Assembly: GCA_965220965.1 (NCBI GenBank)
Contig: OZ244852.1
Span: 1,472,001 to 1,536,000, forward strand
Source: Candidatus Marinacidobacterium sp.
GTDB taxonomy: Bacteria > Acidobacteriota > Vicinamibacteria > Marinacidobacterales > Marinacidobacteraceae
Direction: 5' to 3'
Length of the DNA: 64,000 nucleotides
In this document: positions 30,580 through 41,000 of the stretch, in pieces
Layout of the letters: each line of letters opens with the position of its first letter
How positions within the stretch are numbered: the stretch's first letter is position 1
Made by a program: the position numbers and the translations under genes
The notes under the pieces: generated by a model
What the model was told of the DNA's origin: nothing
Seen by the model: the letters and a program-made list of their open reading frames with translations, nothing else
Database searches by the model: none

Positions 30580-32097
30580 TTACGCCTCGGCGTCGCCGGC
30601 CTTGGCCTTGTGCGTGGTCGGGAGATGGACCTCCAGATCCGTCCCGTAGTGGAGGCCCGCGACCTCGCAGGCGCGCCGGATGAGCTTCTCCTTCTGCTTG
30701 TTGGGCATGTGGAGTCCCAGCCACCAGCCTCCCGGCAGTTCGCGGGACTCGCTGACACACCTGGCGGGGTCGTTGGGGTACAGCTCGTAGCGGTCCCGAG
30801 CGAGGTACGGCCGGGAATGGCCGCGCACCTCGGTGGCGAAGCGCTCGCAGAACGTCGGAACCCGCGTCGCCAACTCGGAGAAGACTTCGCTCAGAAGGTC
30901 CTTGGCAACCGCGAAACGACGCGTCTCGCCGTCGATCGTGAACGAAGATGGTCCCGATCCCCGGCGTTTTCGGTGAGTCGTCGGGAGGTGGACTTCGAGA
31001 TCCTTCCCGTAGCGGAGGCTCGCCAGCTCGCAGGCGCGCCGGATCAGCTTTTCCTTCTGAGCCCTGCTGGAATGGACGCCCAGCCACCAGCCGCCGGGGA
31101 GTTCCCGGGAATCATGGAGGCATTTGGCGGGGTCGCCGGGGTAGAGGTCGTTCCGGTCGCGGGCGAGATAGACGAGGGAGCGACCGCGGACCTGCGCAGC
31201 AAACCGCTCAAGGAAGCTCGGGTCCCGCTCCGCCAGCGTCGTCAGGGCCGCCACCAGGACATCGCGCCCGGTCCGGAAGCGACGGGTCACGCCAAGCACG
31301 GTGAGCGAGAGCGGGAGAGCGGGGCCCGGGTCGTCGGGGCGATCGGGACCGTTCGGTGAAGGCTTCCGCGCGCCCCGCTCTTCGCGCCCGTCATCTACCA
31401 GCTTCGGGACCGGGTGCTCCCCTCCCCCCGACTTCCGCCAGAGGAACGCGCGGATGTCCGACTCCTCCGGACGGACCCCGGTGTCGTCCTCCACGCGCGC
31501 CGCAAAGTCTTTGACGAGCTGGCGGGAAGGCTGCCGCAGGAGGGCGGCCCATGCCGACGGAAGCGCCGCGCGCGCCTTGCGATCGCGCTGGGCCTTTTTC
31601 AAGGCCCGCCACGCTGCCTGTTGAGCTTCGCCCGAGCGGACATGATCCCGACGCAGGAACCGCGTCAGCGCTTCGGCCACCTGATCCGGCTCGTCCTGGA
31701 TGAGGTCGAGGCGCGCGAAGCAGCGTTCGTCGTAGGTTCCCGCTCCAGCAGGGAAAAAGAGCTTCCAGGACCTCCCATCGGTGAGGACGGCGATCGGCAC
31801 GCCCTGATGGAAGCAGTACTGGAACAACTGCTCCTCGCCCTTGGAACCGGCCTTGCCGACGTCCTTGACCTCAAGGAGCACGAGAGGCTTGCGGGGCGAG
31901 CCGCAGAGCGCGTAGTCCGCTCTTCGGCTTCCGATCGGGAACTCGGGGCTCACCTCCCCCGGGTCGTAGACGTTCCAGTCCAGCGCCGCGAGCAGGCGCG
32001 AGACCACCCCCAGCGAGATGTGCGCTTCCTGGCGGTAGGCGCCCCGCTCGAGCTGGCTCCTGATGTCCCGGATCGCCGGGACGAGAGGCTCAGCCAT
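30580..32097 (-). CDS. HsdR-N-type PD-(D/E)XK nuclease fused to two tandem SeqA-like C-terminal domains
   Basis: EVSPEF..RADYAL..LLEVK, QLFQY and LTDGRSW, then two ~115-aa repeats. The SeqA likeness is a judgement by eye. Confidence 0.75.
   Translation of the reverse strand: MAEPLVPAIRDIRSQLERGAYRQEAHISLGVVSRLLAALDWNVYDPGEVSPEFPIGSRRADYALCGSPRKPLVLLEVKDVGKAGSKGEEQLFQYCFHQGVPIAVLTDGRSWKLFFPAGAGTYDERCFARLDLIQDEPDQVAEALTRFLRRDHVRSGEAQQAAWRALKKAQRDRKARAALPSAWAALLRQPSRQLVKDFAARVEDDTGVRPEESDIRAFLWRKSGGGEHPVPKLVDDGREERGARKPSPNGPDRPDDPGPALPLSLTVLGVTRRFRTGRDVLVAALTTLAERDPSFLERFAAQVRGRSLVYLARDRNDLYPGDPAKCLHDSRELPGGWWLGVHSSRAQKEKLIRRACELASLRYGKDLEVHLPTTHRKRRGSGPSSFTIDGETRRFAVAKDLLSEVFSELATRVPTFCERFATEVRGHSRPYLARDRYELYPNDPARCVSESRELPGGWWLGLHMPNKQKEKLIRRACEVAGLHYGTDLEVHLPTTHKAKAGDAEA
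30610..31310 (-). repeat. Intragenic tandem domain duplication (about 115-120 aa per unit)
   Basis: YLARDRNDLYPGDPAKC..SRELPGGWWLGVH..QKEKLIRRACE..DLEVHLPTTH versus YLARDRYELYPNDPARC..SRELPGGWWLGLH..QKEKLIRRACE..DLEVHLPTTH. Confidence 0.9.
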
Positions 32098-32230
32098 GGC
32101 GCCCCTTCGACACAGTCGGCGCGGCGGCCAGAGGCGTCATCGTCAAGTCGTTCATTGTATGGGCGAAACACCCAGGCGCCCGCAGGCCCAAGCCCCGGCT
32201 AACGTGTTGAGCGACGGGGGCGCCCGACGC

Positions 32231-33253
32231 CTAAACGACCGCCGGTTCGAGCAGCCGGATCGTTCCCCGGTCGGCGTCGATCTCGGCGGGGCCGCCGATG
32301 GGCAGGGTGAACTGCTCGGGGATGTGTCCGATCATGCTGCCGCGGAAGGCCGGGATGCCGAGGCCGGCGATGTGGTCCTCGAGCACCTGTTCCAGCGTGA
32401 GCGAGCCGAATCCGCTCCCCGGATCGCAGTCGGTGCACCGCCCGAACACGAACCCGGCGATCCGGTCGATGACGCCCGCAAGCTTCAGCGTGGTGAGCAT
32501 CCGGTCCACCCGGTAGACCGCTTCGTCGACGTCCTCCAGGAACAGGATGGCGCCGGTGAAGTCGGGGAGGTAGTCCGACCCGATGATCGCCGAGAGGACG
32601 GTCAGATTGCCGCCGAGGAGATGACCCCGAGCGGTCCCCGGCGTGATCGTCCGGGTGCGGTGCTCGCGGGCGACGATGTAATCGCCGGGGTCGGCGGCCA
32701 GGTTCTCCAGCAGGCCCGCCTCGCCCCGCATCAATGTCCCACGGAAGTGCTCGGTGGAGAACCGGTTGCCCGGTCCGGGGCCGTGCATCGTGATGAGGCC
32801 GGTCTTCGCGTGGACGCCGGTGAGCAGCGCGGTCGCGTCGCTGTAGCCGAGGAGGACCTTGGGGTTCTCGCGGATCAGGTCGTAATCGAGGTGAGGCAGC
32901 ACCCGCGCCGAGCCCCAGCCCCCGCGGGCGAAGATCCCGCGGACCTCCGGGTCGGCGAAGAACCCCATGATGTCGGCCGCCCGCTCCTCGTCCGCTCCCG
33001 CGAAGTAACCGCGCCGCCGGTAGAAGTTGGCGCCGAGCCGCGGCTCCAGCCCGACCGCCCGGAACGCGTCGGCGAACACCTCGATGGGATCGGTCTCCCA
33101 GGCCGCCGTCGCCGGACTCGTGAGCCCGATCACGTCCCCCTCGCGCAGCCGCGCCGGCCGGATGAGCGAAGACTCCTCCTGCGCCCCGACCCGCCGGACC
33201 GCGCCCAACAGCCCGACCCCGCCCAGAAGCCCGAGCGCTGTTCTCCGGTCCAA
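32231..33253 (-). CDS. S66-family LD-carboxypeptidase with Tat-like signal
   Basis: RGGWG, GYSD, GGNL, FLEDVDE and IGH. TTG start after GGAG gives DRRTAL plus a hydrophobic stretch. Confidence 0.88.
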   Translation of the reverse strand: MDRRTALGLLGGVGLLGAVRRVGAQEESSLIRPARLREGDVIGLTSPATAAWETDPIEVFADAFRAVGLEPRLGANFYRRRGYFAGADEERAADIMGFFADPEVRGIFARGGWGSARVLPHLDYDLIRENPKVLLGYSDATALLTGVHAKTGLITMHGPGPGNRFSTEHFRGTLMRGEAGLLENLAADPGDYIVAREHRTRTITPGTARGHLLGGNLTVLSAIIGSDYLPDFTGAILFLEDVDEAVYRVDRMLTTLKLAGVIDRIAGFVFGRCTDCDPGSGFGSLTLEQVLEDHIAGLGIPAFRGSMIGHIPEQFTLPIGGPAEIDADRGTIRLLEPAVV

Positions 33254-33290
33254 TCTTTCTCCAGCCGGCCCCGCCGACGCCGGTTCGATT

Positions 33291-34481
33291 CTACTGGCCG
33301 CCCAGGAGCGCCGGAATCGGCGACCGGTAGCCGGTGAGCTCCACAAAACCTCGCCCCAGCGGGGTTCCGATGTCCCACGCGAGCACGTCGGCGGCGCCCT
33401 CCCAGTAGGGGATCCGGGGGCCCGGCTGGTCGGGGCCGAGGCGGTTCTCCTGGTCGGCCAGCAACGGACGCACCCGAAGATCCAGACCCTCGGAGAACAC
33501 CCGGAGCCGCCACTCCGCGGGATAGGGAAGCTCGCCCTCCCCGAGGTCGTCCGGGCGGAACTCGCCGAGGGCTTCCACTTCGGGGCCCTCCAGCTCGATC
33601 ACCCGGCCGTCCGCGTCCCGCAGCGTGCCGCTCGCCCACGAGGTCGAGCCGTCCGCCCGCCGGAGGAGGTAGACCATCAGGTCGCGGCCGTCGTCGAGGG
33701 TCAGGCCGAACCAGTCCCAGCCGACCTGCTCGGCCGCGAGCCACGAGGAGCCGAACTCGCGGTCCAGCCAGCCGTCGCCCTCGACTTCGGTCGTCCGCCC
33801 GCCGAGCCGCACCTCGCCAGCGACCCGGAGGCGCGTCTGGCTGTAGTAGAGGCTCGCTCCGCCGCCGGGGGATTTCTCGTGGTAGCCGCCCTCCCCGTGG
33901 AAGAGCGGCGGGGCGGTGATCGACGCGGTCAGCTCGAGGCCGACCCCGGGGCGGTCGTCGCCGGCGGCCATTTGGAACGCCCCGTCGGCGAAGCCGAGCG
34001 TCCAGGGCGCCGCGGTCCCCGGCGGTCCCGGGACCCGCGCGATCTCCCCCTCGGGCCGCCCAGCAAATTCCGGGAACGACGCGAGGCCCGTCGCTTCCCG
34101 GTGGACGACCTGGACGAACTCGCGCTCCCCGGTCTCGAGGTCCGCGACCACGAGGTGCCCCATCGCCGTGCTGCGGGCGGCCCACCGGGACGGGTCGGGC
34201 GATCCCGGCGCCTCCGGCAGGCCGCTGCGGAAGAGGGTGAGCTGCCAGGCGAACCGGCGCTCCGCCTCCGGCGTCCCCAGGAACCCGACGAAGTACCACC
34301 ACTCGGTCCGGTAGCCGGGATGGACCCAGTGATCGCGAGGAAAGACCCAGGCGTGGCCGCGGTCCGTCTCCCGGAACGCGGCGTCGCCGCCCGCGGTCTG
34401 TCCCGGCGCCGACCCCGGCGCGAGCGCGGTGAGACCGGCGAAGACCCCGACCGCCAGCAGCGGGAAGCGGCGCGACGTCAC
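33291..34481 (-). CDS. Secreted lipocalin-like CrtC/AttH-family protein
   Basis: FPRDH..HP.YRTEWWY, SLYYSQTR, WLDREFGS, GWDWF, YWEG and GFVELTGY; GTGA overlap with the permease. Confidence 0.88.
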   Translation of the reverse strand: MTSRRFPLLAVGVFAGLTALAPGSAPGQTAGGDAAFRETDRGHAWVFPRDHWVHPGYRTEWWYFVGFLGTPEAERRFAWQLTLFRSGLPEAPGSPDPSRWAARSTAMGHLVVADLETGEREFVQVVHREATGLASFPEFAGRPEGEIARVPGPPGTAAPWTLGFADGAFQMAAGDDRPGVGLELTASITAPPLFHGEGGYHEKSPGGGASLYYSQTRLRVAGEVRLGGRTTEVEGDGWLDREFGSSWLAAEQVGWDWFGLTLDDGRDLMVYLLRRADGSTSWASGTLRDADGRVIELEGPEVEALGEFRPDDLGEGELPYPAEWRLRVFSEGLDLRVRPLLADQENRLGPDQPGPRIPYWEGAADVLAWDIGTPLGRGFVELTGYRSPIPALLGGQ

Positions 34482-37051
34482 AACTCGCGCACCAGGGACG
34501 CCGCGCTGACCCGCGACGCCAGTCGCGCCGGCAGCGCGGCGGCGGCGAGTCCGACGAGGAGCACGAAGACCGCCTGCCCGGCGAACGAGGCGAGCGGCCA
34601 GTGGAGGTCCATCGTCCAGCCGAACCAGACCGGGTTCACGACGAGCGCCAGCACCGCCGCCAGCGCCACGCCCGCCCCGCCGCCGAGGACCAGCGCCAAG
34701 AGCGCGATCAGCAGCCCCCGTCCGAGGAACTCCGCCGCCGCCTGGCCGCGCCCGGCGCCGAGCGCCCGGACCAGCGCGGTCTCGGCGGCGCGCTCGCGGG
34801 CGAGCGCCCACAGCAGCAACCCGACGCCGAGCGCCGCGATGAGCAGCGCGAAGCGGCGCAGCAACGCGGTGACCGCCATCGTCTCGTCGAAGACGATGAG
34901 CGCCCGCTCCCGCAGCCCGTCGTTCTCGAGGATCTCCACCGACGGCGGCATGGCGGCGCGCAGGCGGGCCGCGACCTCCCCGGGGTCGACTCCATCCTGC
35001 AGGTAGAGGCCCACGCCGTGGACCGGAGGTGGGCCCTCGGTCGGAAAGAGCCGGTTCACCAGCGCGCGGTCGAGGACGACGCCGCCCCCCTCGTTCCCGT
35101 AGTCGCGATACACGCCCGCCACCCGAAGAGCCGCCGGCCCCGACAGCGTAGGGAGCGTCAGCGCGTCTCCCGGCGCCAGGTCGAGCCGCCGCGCCAGCGG
35201 CTCCGAGACGATGGCGTCTCCGAGGCTGAGTCCCGCGAGCGCAGCCTCGCGGTCCCCGAGGAAGGCGAAGCGCCGCTCCGCTCCCGGAAGATCGGGGCGG
35301 ATCCCGGCGATGGCGGTCAGACGACCCTCGAGCCGGATCCGCAGGGCGCGAAGGGTGTCCGCGTGGGCCACTCCCGGATCCCCGGCGAGCGCCGCCACCG
35401 TCTCCGGAGCGAGCGGAACCGGGACCCCGGCGGGATCCCCGAAACGACCCACCCGGGCGACGTAGAGATCGGCGATCAGCGTTTCATCGAGCCAGACCTC
35501 GAGGGTCGTGCGGAAGCTGTCGATCATCGCCGTGACCCCGACGAGCATGGCCACCGCGACGAGGAGGGCCGCCGCCGGGGGGCTGGTGGCCCCCGGCTCG
35601 CGCAGACCGGCGCGCAGCCCGCGAACGAATCCCGAGCGACCCTCGGCGCGCGCCGAGAGCGCCGCCCCCGAGACGAGCGCCGGGCGGCAGAGGAGCGCGG
35701 CGCCGACCAGGACCGCGGCCCCGGCGACGAAGCCCCCGCCGAGCGACGCCACGAAGTTCCCCCAGGCGCTGGAGGCCGGGAGCAAGGCCGAGAGCCCGAA
35801 GACGCTGAGCCCCAGCCCGAACCACGGCGCGAGCCGCCGCAGACGCGAGCGCCGCTCGGCGAGGTAGACGCTGCGTCCCGGCGCCAGAAGCGCCGCCGGG
35901 GGTCGGCGGGCGGCCGACGCGATCTCGGGAAGCGCCCCCAGCCCGGCGGCCGCGAGCGCGAGGCCAACTGACGCGGCCGCCACGCCCGGTGTCAGCCGCA
36001 CATCGCCGATCCGCTCGAGCAGATAGAAGTTCGTCACGACCGCGCCCACCCGGTCGAGCGAGAGCTCCGCCGCCACGGCTCCGAGAAGAACCCCGAGCAA
36101 CCCTCCGACGAGCGCGGTGAGCGCCACCTCAGCGCCCAGGACGGCGCCCACCCCGCCCACTGGCGCGCCGAGCGCCCGGTAGAGGCCGATTTCGCGTCGC
36201 CGCGCCGCGAGACCGGCGCGCACGCTGGCGTAGACCAGGAACGCCCCAACCAGGAGGCTGACTGCGGAGAGAGCGTTCAGCGTGAGCCGGAACGCGGCGA
36301 ACAGGTCGGCCCCCTCCTCGCGCAGCGCCATCCCCGAGGCGGCGCGCGCGCCCGGAAGCGCGGCTTCGAGCGCCGCCGCCACGACTTCGGGGTTCGCGTC
36401 GGGGGCGACGCCCACCTCGATCCGGTCGAGCCCCGGCGCACCCCGCAGCGCCTGCGCCCACGCCAGGTCGAGGAACGCGGTCTGGTCGGTCATCCCGGAG
36501 TCCGCGTCCCCGAAGACTCCGGCGACCACCGATGGCCGGGCGCGGTCCCGGTGGTCCAGCCGGACCTCGTCCCCGAGGCCGACTCCGAGGCGGCCGGCGA
36601 GGCCCCGGGGCAGCGCAATGCCCCCGGTCAGGAAAGCGTCGGCGGAAAACTCGGCGTCGCGGTCGCCCGGCGGCGCGGCGAACGCGAACCCGGCCGAGAG
36701 GAGGTCCACCCCGATGACCGGCGCGGCGACCGCGCCGTCGGGGCCGTTCAGCGTGACGGAGGGGAGTCGGACCACCGGGGAGGCGCTCTCGACGCCGGGA
36801 CGCGTCAGGGCCTCAAGCCACGCCTCATCAGGAAGCGCCCCCTCCCCGGTGGCGAGCGCTTCGAGACGGAGCTCCGCGCCGGGAGAGATGGCCTCGAGAC
36901 TCGCGTCGAGCGCATCGAGCGACGCCCGGTTCAGGAGCTGGACCGACAGGACCGCCGCGCTGCCGAGCGCGATGGCGACCACGGTGAGGGCGGCCAGCGC
37001 CGGCGCCGCGCGAACCCGCGCCGCCGCGGCGCCGAGGACGAGACGAAGCAA
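34478..37051 (-). CDS. FtsX/MacB-like ABC permease
   Basis: Duplicated architecture with RRREIGLYRALGA and RAAETALVRALGA; large periplasmic domains. Confidence 0.88.
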   Translation of the reverse strand: MLRLVLGAAAARVRAAPALAALTVVAIALGSAAVLSVQLLNRASLDALDASLEAISPGAELRLEALATGEGALPDEAWLEALTRPGVESASPVVRLPSVTLNGPDGAVAAPVIGVDLLSAGFAFAAPPGDRDAEFSADAFLTGGIALPRGLAGRLGVGLGDEVRLDHRDRARPSVVAGVFGDADSGMTDQTAFLDLAWAQALRGAPGLDRIEVGVAPDANPEVVAAALEAALPGARAASGMALREEGADLFAAFRLTLNALSAVSLLVGAFLVYASVRAGLAARRREIGLYRALGAPVGGVGAVLGAEVALTALVGGLLGVLLGAVAAELSLDRVGAVVTNFYLLERIGDVRLTPGVAAASVGLALAAAGLGALPEIASAARRPPAALLAPGRSVYLAERRSRLRRLAPWFGLGLSVFGLSALLPASSAWGNFVASLGGGFVAGAAVLVGAALLCRPALVSGAALSARAEGRSGFVRGLRAGLREPGATSPPAAALLVAVAMLVGVTAMIDSFRTTLEVWLDETLIADLYVARVGRFGDPAGVPVPLAPETVAALAGDPGVAHADTLRALRIRLEGRLTAIAGIRPDLPGAERRFAFLGDREAALAGLSLGDAIVSEPLARRLDLAPGDALTLPTLSGPAALRVAGVYRDYGNEGGGVVLDRALVNRLFPTEGPPPVHGVGLYLQDGVDPGEVAARLRAAMPPSVEILENDGLRERALIVFDETMAVTALLRRFALLIAALGVGLLLWALARERAAETALVRALGAGRGQAAAEFLGRGLLIALLALVLGGGAGVALAAVLALVVNPVWFGWTMDLHWPLASFAGQAVFVLLVGLAAAALPARLASRVSAASLVREL

Positions 37052-37064
37052 GCCGGCTGGAAGG

Positions 37065-37823
37065 TCAGGCGGCCCGACGGGCGCGCACCGGGCGGAGCTC
37101 TCCGCGGGTCAGGCTCAGCCGGACCTGACAGCGCGCCGCCAGCTCCGGGTCGTGCGTCGCAAGGACTAGGCTGGAGCCGCTCTCCCCCACGAGTCGGAAC
37201 AGGAGTTCGGTGACGACGGCGCCGGCCCCGGCGTCGAGGCTTCCGGTGGGCTCATCGGCGAGCAGCAGCGCGGGACGGAGCAGGAGCGCGCGGGCGATCG
37301 CGGTGCGCTGCATCTCGCCGCCGGAGAGCGTCCGCGAGGGCTCGCGGGCGCGCGCCTCGAGGCCGACCTGGCGCAGCAGGCGCTCCGCCGCAGCCCCGGC
37401 GTCCTCGGGAGCGTCGTCCGCACCGGGAACCTGGCGGACCCCGAGGATCCGGGCGGGAAGCAGAACGTTCTCGCGAACGGTCAGGTAGGGGATGAGATGG
37501 AAGGACTGGAAGATCAGCCCGACGGACTCCCCGCGGAGCCGACTCCGCGCCCGGTCGGAGAGCGCCGCCAGGTCCTGGCCCAGCAGCCGCACGGTCCCCT
37601 CGGTGGGGATCTCGATCCCGGCCGCGAGATGGAGGAGCGTGCTCTTGCCGCTCCCGGAGGGGCCAGCGACCGAAACGGTGTCCCCCGGCCCGATGGCGAG
37701 CGTCGCGTTCTGGAGGACGCTCAGTTCCGAGCCGTCCGCCTGCGGAAACCGCTTGGCGACCTGGTCCAGCGCAACGACCGGGCCCGTCCCGTGGGCGGCC
37801 TCGCCGCCCGCAACCTGATCCAA
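37065..37823 (-). CDS. ABC transporter ATP-binding protein (LolD/MacB type)
   Basis: GPSGSGKS, IFQSFHL, LSGGEMQR, LLADEPTG and THD. Confidence 0.93.
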   Translation of the reverse strand: MDQVAGGEAAHGTGPVVALDQVAKRFPQADGSELSVLQNATLAIGPGDTVSVAGPSGSGKSTLLHLAAGIEIPTEGTVRLLGQDLAALSDRARSRLRGESVGLIFQSFHLIPYLTVRENVLLPARILGVRQVPGADDAPEDAGAAAERLLRQVGLEARAREPSRTLSGGEMQRTAIARALLLRPALLLADEPTGSLDAGAGAVVTELLFRLVGESGSSLVLATHDPELAARCQVRLSLTRGELRPVRARRAA

Positions 37824-38005
37824 CCTCTGTTTCTCTTCTCGGTGCGCCGATTACGGTAGCACCCGGCCGGAGGCCTCCCGGCCTAAACTGTCAGCAAGTC
37901 GTAAAGGTTCCTCCCCGCCGAAAGGATCCCATGGGGGTCGGCCACCGAGCGCTCGGGACTACGCCAGGTGGGGAGGTCGATCCGGCCCCTGAGGCGCCGA
38001 CCCTT

Positions 38006-38034
38006 CCGGCGTTCCGCCGCGAGCGGAACGCCGG
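38006..38034 (-). terminator. Perfect 12-bp hairpin downstream of the glycosyl hydrolase gene
   Basis: ccggcgttccgc-cgcga-gcggaacgccgg, 14 nt after the stop codon. Confidence 0.6.
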
Positions 38035-38048
38035 TTGATGAAGCCCGC

Positions 38049-41000
38049 CTAGTTCGAGGTGGTCTCGTCGGTGGCGATGACCACCGCCGGGACGCCGAGT
38101 TCGGCGACCCGGGCGTTGAACGGGGTCAGGTGCTCGGCGATCGCCGCGTCGAGGTCGGCGTGGATCGCGTCGAGGTCCGGCTTCAGGTCGTCGAGTCGAT
38201 CGTAGGCGCCCGCGGTCGGCTCGTAGTCGGCCTGGACGATGTAGCCATAGAGCGTGACCAACTGGTTGTCGATCATCGGCGGGAAGTTGATCGGATCCTG
38301 GGACGAACGGCTCTTCGTCTGGGTGATCGTCTCCTCGATTTCGGTGAGCCGCTCGTCGAGCGCCTTCGCGAGATCCGAGAGCTGCTCGTCGGCGCGGTCG
38401 GCCCTGCCGAGGCGCGACACGATGTCGGAAGCCTGCGACTTGACCTCGCGGAGCCGGGTGAGCGCCCCGAAGAGCTTTTTGATCTCGTCGCCGACCGTAA
38501 TCCCCAGCTCGCGCTGCTTCGCGAGGTCCTCGGCGGTCGAGGAAACGTTCGGGTTGATCTCAACCGTCAGGGGCTGGGTCATCGTCTCGCCGGCGACGGT
38601 CAGCCGCACCTCGTACTCGCCCGGCAGCGCGGGCAGCCCCGGGGTGCCGCCCCAGTGGACAACGCCGGCGGGCCGCTGGATGGCCTCGCCGCGCAGGTTC
38701 CAGCGGAACTTGTTGAGCCCCGCCGCCGCCGGGAGACGGCCGCCGCCGCCACCGCCGAAGAAGATCGCGAAGGGGGAGAGCGGTCCGGTCGGCGGCGCCG
38801 GGCCCGGCTGACCGGTGAGGCTCCGTACGACCTCGCCGTCCGGGTCCACGATCTCGAGCGTGATCGGCGCCTCGGGCTGCTCCTTCAGGTGGTAGTGGAT
38901 CTCGGCCGCGCCGAGGAACCCGCCCCGGTAGGCGGTTCTCGGCGTGTAGAGGACGGCGTCCTGCGCCATCGTCTCGTCGGTGATCTGGTGGAGCGTGCTC
39001 AGGTCGTCGAGGACCCAGAAGGACCGGCCCTGGGTGGAGATGACGAGGTCCTTGCGGTGGACGCGAAGGCCCGTCACCGGCGAGACCGGGAGATTGTTCT
39101 GGAACCGCTGCCAGTGGGCGCCGTCATCGAAGGAGATGTAGAGGCCGAACTCGGTCCCGGCGTAGAGCAGACCCCTCCGGTCGGGGTCCTCGCGGATCGC
39201 GCGGGTGAAGTTCGTCGGCGGGATCCCGTTCGTCCCGTCGGTGAGCAGGTCCCAGCTCGCCCCGGAGTCGTTCGTCCGGAAGATGTACGGCCGGAAGTCG
39301 TTCTCCCGGTAGCGGTAGACCGCGATGAACACTCGCGCCGGGTCGTGCTCCGAGATCTCGATCACGTTCACCGTGCCGCCCTCGGGCATGCCCTCCGGCG
39401 TGATCTCGGTCCAGGTCGTCCCCCGGTCGCGCGAGATGTGGACGCGGCCGTCGTCGCTTCCGGCCCACAGTTCGCCCGGGGTGTGCTGCGACTCCTCGAA
39501 CGAGAAGACCGTGTTGTAGACCTCGACCCCGGTGCCGTCCTGCGTGATCGGGCCCCCGGCGTAGTCCTGGTGCTCGGGGTTGTTCGTCGTCAGGTCGGGG
39601 CTGATCACCGACCAGCTCTGCCCCTCGTCGCGGGACATATGGACGACCTGCGAGGCGTGGTAGAGGATGTCCGGGTCGTGGGGTGAGAGCCGGATCGGCG
39701 CGTTCCACTGGAAGCGGTAGTTCAGGTCGCGCGCCGCCTGCCCGAGCTGGAGCTGGGGGTAGGCGACGATCTGCCGCATCTCGCCGGTCTTCCGGTTGTA
39801 CCGACTGATCGCGCCGCCGTAGCAGCCGGCGTAGATGATGTCGGTGTCGCGGGGATCCACCGCGATATGGCCGCTCTCGCAGCCGCCGACCTGGTACCAG
39901 TCGGGCACAACGCTGAATCCGGGCCGCGAAGGCACCGAGATCGTGCTGTTGTCCTGCTGCGAGCCGTAGATCCGGTAGGGCCAGGCGTCGTCGACGAAGA
40001 CCCGGTAGATCTCGGCGGTCTCCTGGCCCTGCTGGTCGGTCCAGCTCTTGCCGCCGTCGAACGAGACGTTCGCGCCGCCGTCGTTCGCGTTGATCATGTT
40101 GAGCGGGTTGTCCGGATTGATCCAGAGGTCATGGTTGTCCCCGTGGGGGACCCGGATCCGCTCGGGGAACGTCCGGCCGCCGTCGATCGACTTGTGGAAG
40201 GCCACGTTCAGCACGTAGACCGTGTTCTCGTCCTGGGGGTCGGCGAACAGGTGGATGTAGTACCAGGGACGCTGGCGAAGCGCCGCGTCGCCGTTGATCC
40301 GGCTGAAGCTCTCGCCCCCGTCGTCGGAGCGGTAGAGCCCGCCGATGTCGCCCTCGGCCTCGAGGAGCACCCAGATCCGGTCGGAGTTCGCCGGCGAGAC
40401 GGCCACCGCCGTCTTCCCGACCATGCCCTGGGGAAGGCCGCCCTCGACCTTCTCCCAGGTGTCGCCGGCGTCGCGGCTGCGGTAGATCCCGCCGTCCTCG
40501 CTGCCCGAGATCATCGTCCACGGCTTCCGCTCGGCGCGCCAGGCGCCGGCGTAGAGGATCCTCGGGTTCGTCGGGTCCATCTCGATGTCCACGAAGCCGG
40601 TCCGCTCCGACAGGTGCAGCACCCGCTCCCAGGTGGCGCCGCCGTCGCGGGTCCGGTAGATCCCCCGGTCCTCGTTCGGACCGAAGATGTACCCGAGCGC
40701 CGCCACGTAGACGAGGTCCGGGTCATTCGGATGGACCGCCAGCGCACCGATCTGCCCGGCGTGACGCAGGCCGATGTGGGACCAGGTCTTCCCGGCGTCG
40801 GTGCTCTTGTACATCCCGTCGCCGACCGAGATGTTGCCGCGTGTCGAGGCCGACCCGGTCCCGACGTAGATGACGTTCACATCGGAGGGCGCCACGCCGA
40901 TCGATCCGACCGCGCCAACGCCGAAGAAGCCGTCGCTCACGTTGACCCAGGAGTGCCCGGCGTCGGTCGTCTTGAACACGCCGCCGCCGGTGCCGCCGAA

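Noticed and set aside
37865-37900. gcctcccggcctaaac resembles part of the c-di-GMP-I riboswitch
   Set aside because: The upstream GGCAAA/GAAA P2 elements are missing, and the orientation is opposite to the adjacent gene.
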